Assembly (NCBI RefSeq): GCF_009914755.1
Contig: NC_060941.1
DNA length: 64,000 nt
Origin: the human T2T-CHM13v2.0 reference genome, Homo sapiens
Reading direction: 5' to 3' (one strand)
The position numbers and the translations under genes are program-made. Below the pieces are notes generated by a model. That model had not been told where the DNA came from and searched no databases. It saw only the letters and a list, made by a program, of their open reading frames with translations. Positions 29,773-60,270 of this stretch are shown here, piece by piece (the stretch's first letter is position 1; each line of letters opens with the position of its first letter).

Positions 29773-30899
29773 CTCCTACTCATTTTAGGCCTGCCATTCT
29801 AGCCTCAAGGGGGGAATATGTGCTATTTCCTGTTTATCAATAGACTAAGTGGGCCAAAGACTAGTTCTGGCTAAAGACTAAAGAAACTTTATCAGAAGAA
29901 ATGCTTCAAACACTTTGGAGAATAATGCTACAAAAAAGCTTTTTTGGATACACACCAAACTGTTATTAAGGATTACTTTCTCAGAAGTAGAACTGGAGAG
30001 GAAGAAGATGGAAAGGGAGGAGAGAATTGTTACTTTGTACAGTAGGCCTGAGTTACTCAACAAATATTTTTTATTGGCAAGGAAAAGGGAAAAAACAAAA
30101 CAAAAAGAAACAGTGAAAGAGCCAGAAAGGAAATTAAACAGTGCATCTCACTGACTTTCTCATTCAATTTTTATAGTAGCCTCCATAATCCTAATAGTTG
30201 TTGTAATTAGAGCCGAGATGGATTCACTGCTATTAATTTAGCTGCTAATACTGTTGCTATTGTTCTGATCAAGTTTCTGCTACTTTTTGACCTGCTGTCT
30301 CCCTCAACAGCTGTAGGAGTCACAATTCCCTTGAGCTCTTGTTGGTTTCTTGTTCCATTTTTTTTGGGTTTCTATCCTTATACATTGAAAAAATTATTAC
30401 AGTGTGGATTTAGCAATCATTTTTAGCTATAAGAAAAGGTGCTGTGCACTAGAGGGAATTGAATTAGAGATGTCATTCGTTAATCAGATAATTAGTTCCC
30501 AATCTTGGCTGCTTGTTCAAATCTTTTGGCATGCTTTTTAAAAATTCAGATGCTAAGGTCCTTCCCCAGACATTCTGAATTATACTGTCAAGTAGTGGTG
30601 CAATATCAGGAGGTAGAGACATATCACATATACACAACACACACATATAGGCATAAACATAAAGACAGACACAAATAGATCTTATAATTTTCATTTAAAA
30701 TCTTAGCCATGATTAGGTATACATAAACACAAAATTTAATAATTTTGATAAAAATTGATTCTCATCTTTGCCTATTAATATTTTCTTTCGATCTCATCTT
30801 TCCATAGACATTTGTTTAGGATGACAGCTTTCTTTTAAAAAAAAATCCTTTTAGATATAAAAGTTCAAATCTTCAAAGGTATACCTGTCTTAATTGTGA

Positions 30900-32620
30900 C
30901 TCAAAACCAGTAAGTTTTTATGGCTTAAAACCTATAAGCCTTTTATCACTTAACCATGGATGTAAGAGACATCCCCAAGGAGGATGCAAACCATGCAGCC
31001 CTTTTGCCGGGCGCGGTGGCTCACACCTATAATCTCAGTATTTTGGGAGGCTGCGGCGGGCAGATTACTTGAGGTTAGGAGTTCAAGACCAGCCTGGCTA
31101 ATATGGTGAAACCCTGTCTCTACAAAAAATACAAAAATTAGCCAGGCCTGGTGGTGCATGTCAGAAATTTCAGGTACTCGCGAGACTGAGGCGGGAGAAT
31201 CACTTGAGCCCGGGAGGCGGAGGTTACAGTGACCAAGATCACGCCACTGCACTCCAACGTGGGCGACAGAATGAAACACTGTACTCAAAAAAAAAAAGAA
31301 AGAAAGAAAGAAAGAAAAGAAAAATGAAGGTTCAGGTGACAAACGCCTCTTATGGACTGGGACCTTTTATTAAGACAAACTTCTCTGAGAGCTGGCACAG
31401 GCGGACGAAAATGCTGCTTATCTTAGATTTTGGGTTCCAGGCTGGTGGCCTGATGCAAACCAGCAACACTTGCGCCCTCTGGCGGCGAGGACCAGAGAGA
31501 CTATTTTAAAGCCAAGCTCTCGGGACATAAAACGAAGGAAGAATCGAATCTCATGATTTTCTTCCTTATGACAAACAACACAAACGACAGAGACAAGGAC
31601 TTTTTATTATTCCTTGGAGGCTGTGGATCATACCCAGACCAAATTTATAAAAGTTACAATTCAAAGAACTCATTCTTACAAATGTTTTTCTCCTGCCAAT
31701 CTGAATTTGGAAAGGAAGAGACAAGGAAAATTTACGTTCTCCTCTCTACAGGGCACTGCAGATAGATATGTCGGGGGACTGACTTTGGTAAGAATTCTTA
31801 CCTTCTGCAGGTTCTGTCAGCTCTTCCGGGATCCTACCCACAGGCTCTGAAGTGAGTGGCGCATCCCAACCTTCTAGGGTCCCATTTTCATTGCCAGAAA
31901 CCACAAGGGAGGCAAAATTTTACCTCTGTTCTCTTAGGGATTTTGGCTAGGCCTGAGAATTAACTTGACCTATGACAGATTAACAAGAGAAAAACATACA
32001 GATTTTTACATATAGGAGCCCCTATAGAAAATTCAAGACCTAAAGAAGTGCCGAAACCTAAATGCTTGTATAGTAGGGTGAGCAAAGAGTACAACTGCAG
32101 AAAAGTAATTACATTAAAGTATGTGTGAAGGCAAAGTAAGATAAGGGTTATTTTAGCAAGGTCTGTTTGTACAGAATTATCCTGGGTATGACCCCCGTCA
32201 AAGAATGTTTTTTATTCTCCTGGTACAGGGAGGGCATCTTTCACGTGGGACTTTTATCTCCTGTTTTCAGGAAGAAAAAAAGATTAAGATTCACTTTTTG
32301 CATCTGCTATTTTCTTTTTCTTTTTATTATTATTTCAACAGTTTTGGGGGGAACAGGTGGTGTTTGGTTACATGGATAAATTCTTCAGCAGTAATTTCTG
32401 AGATTTTGGTGCACCCATCACCCGAGCAGTGTACACTGCACCCAGCGTGTAGCCTTTTATCCCTCATCCTCCTCCCACCCTTCCCCCAAGTCCTCAGAGT
32501 CTATTATTTTTATGCCTTTGGGTCCTCATATGCATCTGCTATTTTCAAGTGCCTTTAGCTCCAAATAATCCTTATGTCAAAATGGCATATTTGGGGGCAA
32601 CACATTCTGCCACCCTTCAG
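30900..32620 (-). mobile_element. ERV1 (MER4 group, MER31-like) LTR plus leader remnant, with Alu at 31006-31320 and an antisense L1 fragment at about 32315-32530
   Basis: Minus strand starts TGAAGGGTGGCAGAATGTGTTGCCCCAAATATGCCATTTTGACATAAGGATTATTT; leader donor AAGGTAAGAATTCTTAC; L1 flanked by TGCATCTGCTATTTTC duplication. Subfamily uncertain. Confidence 0.55.
31471..31489 (-). promoter_or_regulatory. CTCF motif
   Basis: Reverse complement CGCCGCCAGAGGGCGCA fits the CTCF core CCnCYAGRKGGCRS. Confidence 0.6.
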
Positions 32621-33599
32621 TACCTTTGGCCAAACAGAGGTTTGCTTTCCAGACCTCCTGGGTTCTGTGACTGGCAACTGCACAAGCAGGGCACGCTCAC
32701 ATGCCATGTTCCCACAGTGACCCGTGGGGAAGTGACGAAAGAAGGCTGCTTCTGTCCTAATTGTGTTGCTCTGTTGTACAGTTCCCTAAAATGTCTGCCC
32801 CCACCCCACCCCACCCTACCCCATATTTTATGGAATTAGGTGAAGAGCTTTTTCCTCCTTTACTTGCCCATCATCCTCTTCTTCCCTGTAGGCATGAGTT
32901 CCTGCTGTTCATGAAACCAATTGGAAAGTAAGGGGCACTACTGCACTGATAATCTTGGCTCCTTGCTCAAAGGCACGGAGAACCACCTCTCCCTAACCTG
33001 CAATGTGGGAAATGTCTCACATACTATATGGGAGACTGCAGAGAAGAAAGGGGTCACCAGAACAATAAACCCAAACAGGATATACAATGGAATGTACGCT
33101 ATGATTACAACTCTGCTAAAATATATCTGCCAGTGGACTAGCCCAGGAAACGAACAAGCAAAAGTGAAAGCAACTGCATGATTCAGCGGTAATAATAGGG
33201 ATTGAATTTTCTTTTGTGGTTCTCTATTTTCTAATCTTTCTATAATGTAATTATATAGAACTTGTAATGACAGGTATATCTTTTATGTTTCTTGGTATAC
33301 AAAATGCTCTCCTCTGAACGTTTCTTATTATGTAAGTCATTTAAGTAATCATATTGATTTTGTAGAAAAATTTTAGAGGCTAAAAATACCATCAGTATTC
33401 TAAGTGTATTTGATCCAAGCCTCAGCATAAAATCAAATGAATTACTGTCAACACAGAAGGAGACTTACGTCTTTAACTTTGATGTACAAACAGAAGAACA
33501 TAGAAGCTAACATGGACTTTGGAGTCAGACAGACATGAGTTCAGATCTCAGATTCAGAACTTACTAGTTCTGTGATCTTGGGTAAGGTATTATTATTCA

Positions 33600-37723
<4,124 letters not shown>

Positions 37724-39241
37724 GGACAACATTTAATAAATACCGATGCCCGAGCCTGTGTTCAGACACACTGAGGTTAATTAGTCTGGTGTCTGGCCTG
37801 ATCACTGATTTTTTTTAAGTCGCCCAGGAAATTATAATGAGCATCCAGGGTTGAGAATCACTGAGTTAGTTATTCTACTTTCATCCTGATTGAATTGTTT
37901 CACTAGACTAAGAACTGACAAAGACTCTCAAATTCAATATTTAAAACAATTCTTTACAAATCAATTCTTTTATTAAAAATTATATGATGCATGCATATAT
38001 TTTAAAAAGTCAAATGGTACTAAGGCTTATGACTAAAATATAGCAATTCCTTGTCCCACTCATACTCCTTCATACTCTGTTGACTTTGACTGTTTAAATT
38101 ATTTTTATAGAATTCATACATCTCCCTACATCAGAATGTCAATGCACTGGCATCTTTTGCAAAACCGATTGCTGAACTTCATTTCCTCCTATCCAAAACT
38201 ACCCTAAAGCCCCCAAGGAAAGGTAAAAAGGAAGAAACACCAGGTAATTAGAGCAGTAGGAAGCAAGGGAGAGGTTTTTCTTTTCAACCCGTGCCTAGGT
38301 ACAGACTAGCCCTTCTAATGGGCCTAAGCAATTCAGAAAGGCAGCTAAGAGAGCTTCTCGAAACCCTGCCTGCTCTTCCACCTCTTGGAAGGCTGAGGGG
38401 TTTTATCTAAAATCATAACCAAAATTTCCACATGTCTCCTGGATTCAAGCCTCCCCAGAGTCAATCAAGTTATCCTAAACTTTTCTAGAAGTTAAAAACA
38501 GTTTGGAAATATGAATACTTCCAAAGCAATTTAAAAATCCTTGCAAAAGCAAGAGTAATTTGAAGAGTACAGAATTGGCTCAGCCATTTGGGGAACTGAC
38601 TAGAAAAGGGGAACTTTGATTTCATTTCTAATATGTATCATATACATTGGAAAGTTTCACTTAGGGAGATAGTAAAAGTTTAATTGAGGTAGTAGGCATT
38701 TGAAAAAGGATGTGATTGCCAAGTAAGGATTTCAAAGGTGGAGGGGATAGAAAAGGGTTTAAAGACTGAGAAAATGGCACAGGCACAGACCAGGAGTCGG
38801 GGATGTGTGTGGGTGGTGTTGGTGGTAAAGTTGCCACCAAGGATCCCCATAAACTCTGAGAGTTGGATTTAAAAATTAGCACCAAGTCATAATGGAAGAA
38901 ATCAGAGATGTGCAAAGGCCCCTTGTAGGAAGACTACTTTCCAGGCCAGCGGCAGAGTATAAGGCATTTCTAGCCTACATGAATGTATTCACATACATAG
39001 AGGATAAATGTAGGCAAAATTTGTATATGTTGGGGGCAGTAAGGAGAGGGTTGGTGGTGAACCTGGAAATTTTAGAAACCAAGACAGAGAAAAAAAAATT
39101 CATCTGAGGGCAAAGAATAATGAAAAACTAGTCATCCTTAGCATTCTAAATTTGCTTTAGCTTGTAAACTGTAAACTAATTTGTCTAGTCCTTGTGATAG
39201 AAATATCTTTATTTTAGAAATTATTGCAATCTTATTTTATA

Positions 39242-39292
39242 TTAAGTTGGTGCAAAAGTAATTGTGGCTTTTGCACTTTTGCACCAACCTAA
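39242..39292. mobile_element. Internally deleted MADE1 (Hsmar1-derived MITE) with TA target duplication
   Basis: TA-TTAAGTTGGTGCAAAAGTAATTG...ACTTTTGCACCAACCTAA-TA terminal inverted repeats. Confidence 0.9.
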
Positions 39293-40157
39293 TAGATATT
39301 GCAATAGTCTAATATAATCTGAAGATTTTTAAGATTTGAATCAAATTACCAGCTTCCCTTACTGTAAGGCTATGTTCATATAATTTGGCTTCCTATATTA
39401 CTGTTGAGGGCACTGATTAGCAAAAGCATTTGACCCACTTATGACTATGGTCCTCACTATAAATTAACAGAGTAACATTTTGATGTATGCATTGGTCCTT
39501 TGTGAGCTTGATTAGCATAAAGCATCCCCAAGAGACTGATCTAGACTTGGTACAAAAAGGCAATCAAGTTCTGGACCCGGAAAGCTTGAGACCCATAGCC
39601 AGTATGAGGTGCCAGTCAATTGGCTACTTTTGAGACCTATGCAGTCAAAGTAACCAGCCTGGAGGGCACCATACCACCACCCAAAAATTATGCCAGGTGG
39701 GCTGGGGTGCATGAGAAACATGGGGAGATGGAGATACAATAAAGGATGTGGTTGGGAGAGCAAGTCAGGGCATATTAATGAAAGCCTTGAAAATTGGTTA
39801 GGTTTGAAGGCTGTGGGGACTCATTGAAGATATGTTAGCAAGGTATTACATAAAATCAGTTCTCTATTTGAGGAAAAATTCTCTGATGGATGACAGCTGG
39901 ATTGAGTGGGAAAGCTGGAGACAGGGGACTAATGAAGTCTATTGTAATTGTATAGGTAGGAGGTGAAGGAAATTGTGAAAAGGCCAGTGGCATTGAAATA
40001 GAGTGGAAGGCTCAGCTCCAAGAGACATTTCTGTGGCTCCAGGCCATACTGATGTGCCTTGATTTCCTCACTTGTAATATTAAAATGGAGTCACTGCTAC
40101 CTGTCTAGGAGAAAGGACTCTGCTCTTCCTGTCTTCCTCTATTATTTGTAATAATTT

Positions 40158-41048
<891 letters not shown>

Positions 41049-42148
41049 TCATTACTCTCTGGAATGGAATCAGAGGCTGATTCTCATCTGCAGGCTGAGT
41101 CATTGATTCAGTAGTGTGAATACCACAAAACTGTTCTAATTACAAGTTACCTGACAGACAGAATGCATAATTTTACACCTTGCTCTTTGGGGTTATCCAG
41201 TTAAACCTGCATGTGAAACTTCTGAAATGAACCCAGGTAACAGATTGTATTATGTCTATTAGTAATCCATTCCTACTGTTTGGCAATCCTGAAGACAAGT
41301 TCATTACATCTAAAGGAAATCTCAAAGTTAACTTACACTTCTTACTACCATTTCTTTACTTTCTATCCTCTTTAGAGCTGGAAAACAGTTTCCTCGATGC
41401 ATATCATAATTTTTATGTGCAAAAAAAGCACGGACTAGTTCAAATTCCTCTAAAGCTTCTTTAGATTTTGGTAAGAGAAACATCAAGAGGATGCTGAGTT
41501 CCACGACACATCAAGTAGGGTACCAAATCTATGGGGCTATGCCTCTTTGGAGCTACCTCATTTACTTAGCTCAATTTTCCTTTATAGTACGCTTTAGCAT
41601 ATATGTATTTTTTCTGAACGAATTTGGTTGTTTTTTGCCTCCTTTAATTTGGATCCAAGTAACATCACTCATCCCTACAGATTCCATGATTTTACATATG
41701 CAGTTCCTAGGGCCTTTACTCCCTATGCCTTGAATCATAACTATGTTCTTCTCTTCTGGTTTGGACTGTGTGGACTCAAATAAAAGTACTGATTCTTAGC
41801 CATCTTTGTATCCCTCTCACATTAAGGGTTTCATAGATATTTGTTGAGTTAGCCTTTTGACTGGAGTATTTTCAAACTTAGCTATGAAACTTAATAAAGA
41901 ACGTAGTCCTCAGCACAGTCTACAGGATCCCTGATAATCTGGCGTCTACCTCCTTTTCAACATCACCACCTGCTGTATACCCACAGTCTGCACAGCTCTA
42001 GTCAGACCTACCATTCTGGTTCTCTGGTGTCTCCATGTCTTTGAACTTGCTGTGCCCTTTGCCTGGAAAGCCCTCCCCTATTTGATTCACTTCTCCTGCT
42101 GACTTCTTAACAGTGTGCCCAATGGTCTCCTTCACTGGGGAATATTTA

Positions 42149-42485
<337 letters not shown>

Positions 42486-43205
42486 TTAATTAAAATGAGC
42501 ATGTCTTTATTATTATACAATACTCACATTGTTTTTTTTATGGCAAGGTCTTCAATATGTTTTCTCCTCTAACACTAAATGTAGCACAGTAGATACCACA
42601 TCAACAGTGCTCAAAAAGATTTATTGAATAACAAAACCAAGCCAAAAATCATAATGATTTTGCCCTCTTTTGCTGAATTCTATAATGACCAATTCATTTT
42701 ACTAAATTAAAAGTTAGAGATTTAAATCAGAAGTGAATTTGCATATTTTCTAAAATTACTGATGCAGAACAAGTCAAAAATGAAAATATTTTATGAACAA
42801 AATCAAACTGTATTTAAATTCAAGTTTCACTAGGTACAATGTCTAATTAGCAGAAATACCCTATGACTTTAAAACATTACATATCAAACAGAAAGTATAC
42901 TTAAAGCAGAATGGGTTCATTTCTACTTCTCTTAAATGTAAGGCCATGGATTGTGAGAAAAAAAAAAGTTTCTGGTTCTGTAAATGTAAGTTATGCACAT
43001 GTGGGTTATTTATAATGAGATGTTTAAGGTTGAACATTATAAATTACCTGTTTACAGCTCAATTCCATGATTATTTGGAAATGTGTATATAGTTTGGGCT
43101 CTTGCACTTATGCAACTAAGGCACTGCAAAAACTTAAACTAAAAACACAAATCACTTTTGTGACACTCTTGAAAAGACTGACTAAATATATTTTTGTGTG
43201 TGTGT

Positions 43206-44612
43206 GCAACCAACTCCCAGCACATCAGGTGGGTAACTCTTCCCACACGAATAGTCTGCCTACCCTCAGGAATATTTTTTGTCTGTGGTACCTCAGCCTA
43301 TCGTTGTTTGAATGGCTCTTCAGAATCTATATGCTTCCTCTCATTCTTAGCGCCCCCTATGACCATCTACACTGAACAAGATTTATACAATCATGTCGTA
43401 CCTAAGCCCCGCAACAAAAGGGTACCCATTCTTCCTTTTGTTATCGGAGCAGGAGTGCTAGGTGGAGTAGGTACTGGCACTGGCGGTATCACAACCTCTA
43501 TTCAGTTCTACTACAAACTATCTCAAGAACTAAATGGTGACATGGAACGGGTCTCTGACTCCCTGGTCACCTTGCAAGATCAACTTAACTCCCTAGCAGC
43601 AGTAGTCGTTCAAAATAGAAGAGCTTTAGACTTGCTAGCCGCCGAAAGAGGGGGAACCTGTTTATTTTTAGGGGAAGAATGCTGTTATTATGTTAATCAA
43701 TCCGGAATCGTCACCAAAAAGTTAAAGAAATTCGAGATCGAATACAACGTAGAGCAGAGGAGCTTCAAAACACTGGCCCCTGGGGCCTCCTCAGCCAATG
43801 GATGCCCCGGATTCTCCCCTTCTTAGGACCTCTAGCAGCTATAATATTGTTACTCCTCTTTGGACCCTGTATCTTTAACCTCCTTGTTAATTGGACCCTG
43901 TATCTTTAACCTCCTTGTTAAGTTTGTCTCTTCCAGAATCGAAGCTGCAAAGCTACAAATGGTTCTTCAAATGGAGCCCCAGATGCAATCCATGAGTAAA
44001 ATCTACCACGGACCCCTGGACCGGCCTGCTAGCCCATGCTCCAATGTTAATGACATCAAAGGCACCCCTCCCGAGGAAATCTCAACTGCAGAACCCCTAC
44101 TACGCCCCAATTCAGCAGGAAGCAGTTAGAGCGGTGGTCGGCCAACTTCCCCAATAGCACTTGGGTTTTCCTGTTGAGGGGGGCACTGAGAGACAGGACT
44201 AGCTGGATTTCCTAGGCTGACTAAAAATCCCTAAGCCTAGCTGGGAAGGTGACCACTTCCACCTTTAAACATGGGGCTTGCAACTTAGCTCACACCCGAC
44301 CAATCAGATAAGAAAGAGAGCTCACTAAAATGCTAATTAGGCAAAAACAAGAGGTAAAGAAATAGCCAATCATCTATTGCCTGAGAGCACAGCAGGAGGG
44401 ACAATGATCGGGATATAAACCCAGGCATTCAAGCTGGCAACGGCTACCCTCTTTGGGTCCCCTCCCTTTGTATGGGAGCTCTGTTTTCACTCTATTAAAT
44501 CTTGCAACTGCAAAAAGAATATATATATATGTGTATATATATACACATATATATACATATATATATACACATATATATACACATATATATACACATATAT
44601 ATATACACATAC
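43206..44612 (+). mobile_element. HERV-W processed pseudogene: 3' env fragment, PPT, LTR17 U3-R (44187-44512), tail converted to TA/CA microsatellite
   Basis: Syncytin-like peptide RNKR|VPILPFVIGAGVLG, QNRRALDLLAAERGGTCLFLGEECC, RPNSAGSS; LTR starts TGAGAGACAGGACTAGCTGG and stops after ATTAAA...GCAACTGCA without U5; 18-bp TSD ATATTTTTGTGTGTGTGT at 43188-43205 and 44613-44630. Confidence 0.95.
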
Positions 44613-44647
44613 ATATTTTTGTGTGTGTGTAGTTGGTAAAACTCTTA

Positions 44648-45385
<738 letters not shown>

Positions 45386-45486
45386 TTACCAAAACTTACA
45401 AAAGCATGTGGTAAGTATTCCTGCAACGTTGCAGAAAAAAATGATACCTGGTGCATTTGGGAAAATAAGAGCTTTCCTTTAGAATT

Positions 45487-46018
<532 letters not shown>

Positions 46019-46187
46019 TTTAGAAGAAGTTCAGATAACCCAATGGCTCCTTCTGCATTGGAAAGCTAGGGGCAGTTTTTTGATGGTTGAGACCTGAGAA
46101 ATTCCCTGCACTCTCAAATTTGGAAAACAAAAGCCATATGTTATGAGAAGTTGGAAGGCACACAGAAATAGTAATAGTGGGAATCAG

Positions 46188-46324
46188 ATGACTGGAAACA
46201 AGGGTCAGATATATAGATATATAAATATTATATATAATTATATATAATAATTATATAATAAATTAATAATAAATATTAATAATTATTTTAAATAAGTATA
46301 TATATGACCCTTGTTTTCAGTCAT
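46188..46324. repeat. 28-bp inverted repeat around an 81-nt AT-rich spacer
   Basis: ATGACTGGAAACAAGGGTCAGATATATA (46188-46215) versus TATATATATGACCCTTGTTTTCAGTCAT (46297-46324), 26/28 complementary. Confidence 0.9.
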
Positions 46325-46483
46325 ATATATATTATATATATAATATATATATTTCAAATTTCAGGATCATTATGTCGCTAAGTCCTTCATTTGACCTTCC
46401 CTAAGGAGAAACACCTGAACTCATTACTACTAACACCTCCCAACTCAATTTTAGAAAACAAATAGTCCCCTAAGTTGAAATCA

Positions 46484-46648
<165 letters not shown>

Positions 46649-47008
46649 TCAGACAAAAAATAAAAAGTTAAAAAAAAAAAAAAAAAAGCCTCTTTTTTTG
46701 GCTCTTCTTACTGGAGACCTGTGATGTGCATGGGTGCCTGAGCAGTCGTACTTACTATGCGTCAGACAGCTCACGTATGTCAGGAAAGGAAGTCTGGGGA
46801 TTCCTACAGGGGACATATCACACATATTCTAAGTCACTGTGTGACTCGGCTTGAGCAAGTCATTTCACCTCTCTCTCACGCTGGAGTGAAGTAATAATCC
46901 CTAAGCTTCCTTTCAATTATAATATTCTGACTCCAGGTTATCTCTAAGAAGAAAAGGCATCTAGTGGGGATCAGCAAGGATTAAAGCACAGTATTTTAAA
47001 AATGGTGT

Positions 47009-48703
<1,695 letters not shown>

Positions 48704-48910
48704 AGTTGTTTAGGCCATAGAATCCAAACATTTCTTGACCTCAGTTTATATTCTGAGTCTTTGGAACTAAAAATGTTAGATAAGGAACACTGTAATGGGA
48801 GAACACTTATAAGAAAAATAAATTTCTATTTTTTAACTAACATATGTGATCAAATACCCACAAAAGGCAGAGAAAGGGGTTCCTCCCTGCTGATGGGGAC
48901 AATGACTTCA

Positions 48911-50056
<1,146 letters not shown>

Positions 50057-50169
50057 TTAATAAGAATTCCAAAGATTACAATATTTTCTTCAAAACTATC
50101 AATTACTGGAGATATATTTTAATGTTGGAAGTCATCTCTCTCTATATGTATATTTGTTGTTGTTGTTTG

Positions 50170-51175
<1,006 letters not shown>

Positions 51176-51645
51176 TTCTATATTTTTATGTATTATTTCA
51201 TACACTTTGAAAAGCTTTATTTTACTCCTGAAAGAATGTCAGTTGATACCAAATGCAGAAACCTTTTCAACTCTTCACATGTTCTAAATCTCAAAAGTAC
51301 ATTGCCTCATATACAGTGTGATGTGACAGCAGCATTTTCCTTCCCTTCTAATAGTTCTGCCCTGTGCTGTGGAAACCCCTAAGACTTGGAAAAGAACATG
51401 AGCTTTTGGGGCATGGTAACTAAACCATTGTCACCCTTCTTTTGCTTCCTAGACCAGAAAACAGCCACCTAAACTGAAATTTGAGCTCTGAAACAAATAT
51501 TTCAGAAAAGATCTGCTTACCTTTAGTCAATTGCAAAACAAAATATTTGCTAACTCAACCAAAATTCTTCCTCTAGGAGAAGAGAACCCATCTTTCTGTG
51601 TGATCTTTGCAAAGCAGGGGCCCTGTGGGCATTGTATATACTCAC

Positions 51646-51746
51646 CAAGAGGAAGAAAGCAGGCATCCGGCAAGACATGTGCACTCCCCTGATATCAATT
51701 TGTTCTTGGTTGCCTTCTCACTTCCTTCAGGAAAACCAGAATCAAC
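51646..51746 (-). other. SLFN14: Probable SLFN14 non-coding exon 2
   Basis: Acceptor AATTCCCCAG and donor TTG|GTGAGT bracket 101 nt of unique sequence. Confidence 0.6.
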
Positions 51747-52248
51747 CTGGGGAATTCTTTTTAGAATGTGAGCCTCTTCTATAGGTACATGTAAATGTAG
51801 TATTTTATGGCTCCTTAGGGAAATTTCCCATAACATTCTATTTATATCATAGAATCACAGAAGTGTTGGAAAGGACTTTAAAGATCCTCCAGTCCAACAA
51901 TCTATAGGATTCTAAAATCTCCTCTATAATATTGCCAACTCCCAACAAGTTGCAAACCTCCAGCAATGAGCAACTCACTACCTATCAAATAGTCCCTCTA
52001 GTCCCTTCTAATTTCTGACGTCTGTGTTAGAAATGGTCTCCTTACTTTAAGCTGCAATTTGTCTCCCCATAACTTCCACTGATGGGACCCACAAAACAAA
52101 TCTAATTGATTTTGAATAGCAAACCCTATGGTCTCGTGACTCGTAAGTCTCATCAATGTTATTTGAATGCTGATAACAATTATGATAAATACAACATTTA
52201 CTGAGATTCTAGCTCGAGATGAATATCCTTTCCACATTTCCCAGGACT

Positions 52249-58005
<5,757 letters not shown>

Positions 58006-58303
58006 CACAATCTAAAGAGGGAAAACATGTACTAAACAACTCATAACAATACAACATACACAATAACATCAACTGAGCACTCTATGTATTAGGCATTGTT
58101 GTCACTGATCTTGTAACAGTTCTATTAGGTAGATGCTATTATTAGCCTCCTTTTTACAAATAGTGATACTGAAGAACAAAGAATTCAAGTTACTTGCCAA
58201 AATAGTCCACATACATGACCACTACGCTCTAGTACCACTCTAAAGAGTTTGCAATGTATGAGCAGTGTTCTCTACGTGTTCTGAGGAGTGACAATAACTA
58301 TGA

Positions 58304-58802
<499 letters not shown>

Positions 58803-59150
58803 AAGAAAGCAACAGGTTGAGAGAAAGGGAGATGGATGGGAGAAAGATAAACCAGGTAGAGGAAATAGCACGCGCAAAGGCACATTGTCTTCACTGTCTA
58901 ATCTCTCCAATCCTTAACGAACGAAAGAGGCCTTGAGTGGGTCTGGTACAGAAGACTCTCCATTTTACTTCTTCATGTCCTTTTACCCATTCCTGTCTAA
59001 CATTCATCACAATCCTCATTCGCCTTTCATATGCCACTCCTCTATTTCCACTGCCAATCTAATTTAAGCTCCTATTAGCTCTCACCTGGACCATTGCAAT
59101 AGCTTTCCCTCCTTTCGCTCTCTGCCCCCCACCAATCTAAACACAGTTGA

Positions 59151-59663
<513 letters not shown>

Positions 59664-59769
59664 CAAAACCATTTCTTCCCGCAATCCCAGGGCACACACA
59701 CTATAATCCTGCCTCAAATGCTCATTCCCAGTTATGAAACAGGGTACAGGCAAAACCACTCTGCCTAAC

Positions 59770-60270
59770 AGTCGCCCCGACGGCCGACGGCGAGGAATTG
59801 TGGAGGGGGCGGGGGAGAATTGCTCAGAACTTGGAAAGCGACTGGTCTCTCAGGATAGAGACCGCGACGCAAAGAAGTGACGGAAAAGATGCGTCCGCCA
59901 TCCCTTTTGCTCCACCCCTGACGTTCGCCTCGGCCTTCGATTGGCTGCTCCTCCCACCAGCCCCGCCTCAGGGGCGCCCACGTGACCCGATGGCCGCCGT
60001 GGGATTGGTTGTTCGGCGAGAGCCGCGCTAGGCTGTAAGACCTGAGCCGGGCGGAGAAGCAAAGGAGAGGGAAGCTGGAAGCACCTTTGGCCCGGGACAG
60101 AAATCTGGAGAGCTTGGCTACCTCCATCCTCCTCAGGCCGGAGCAGGCTTCCTGAGAGAGTCCAGGTCGTAGGAGTTTTACGACTTAGAAAAGCGGGCTG
60201 CAGATTCCTTCCTGGGTGTCTGGTTCAAGCCTTGGCTCCAGCCTCACTCTCAGTCTTCCCGGGAGTTCGT
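59770..60270. promoter_or_regulatory. CpG-island housekeeping-type promoter
   Basis: High CpG density; GC box about 59805, CGGAA 59881, TGACGT 59919, ATTGG 59940 and 60004, E-box CACGTG 59979, YY1-like GATGGCCGCC. Confidence 0.85.

Noticed and set aside
30150-30400. Possible decayed coding sequence on the minus strand (YNNY/DYGGYY-like)
   Set aside because: Many stops and no recognisable parent; would need a translated search
43194-43826. New syncytin-like fusogen gene
   Set aside because: No signal peptide or most of SU, non-ATG ORF start, frameshift before the transmembrane anchor, and no upstream LTR
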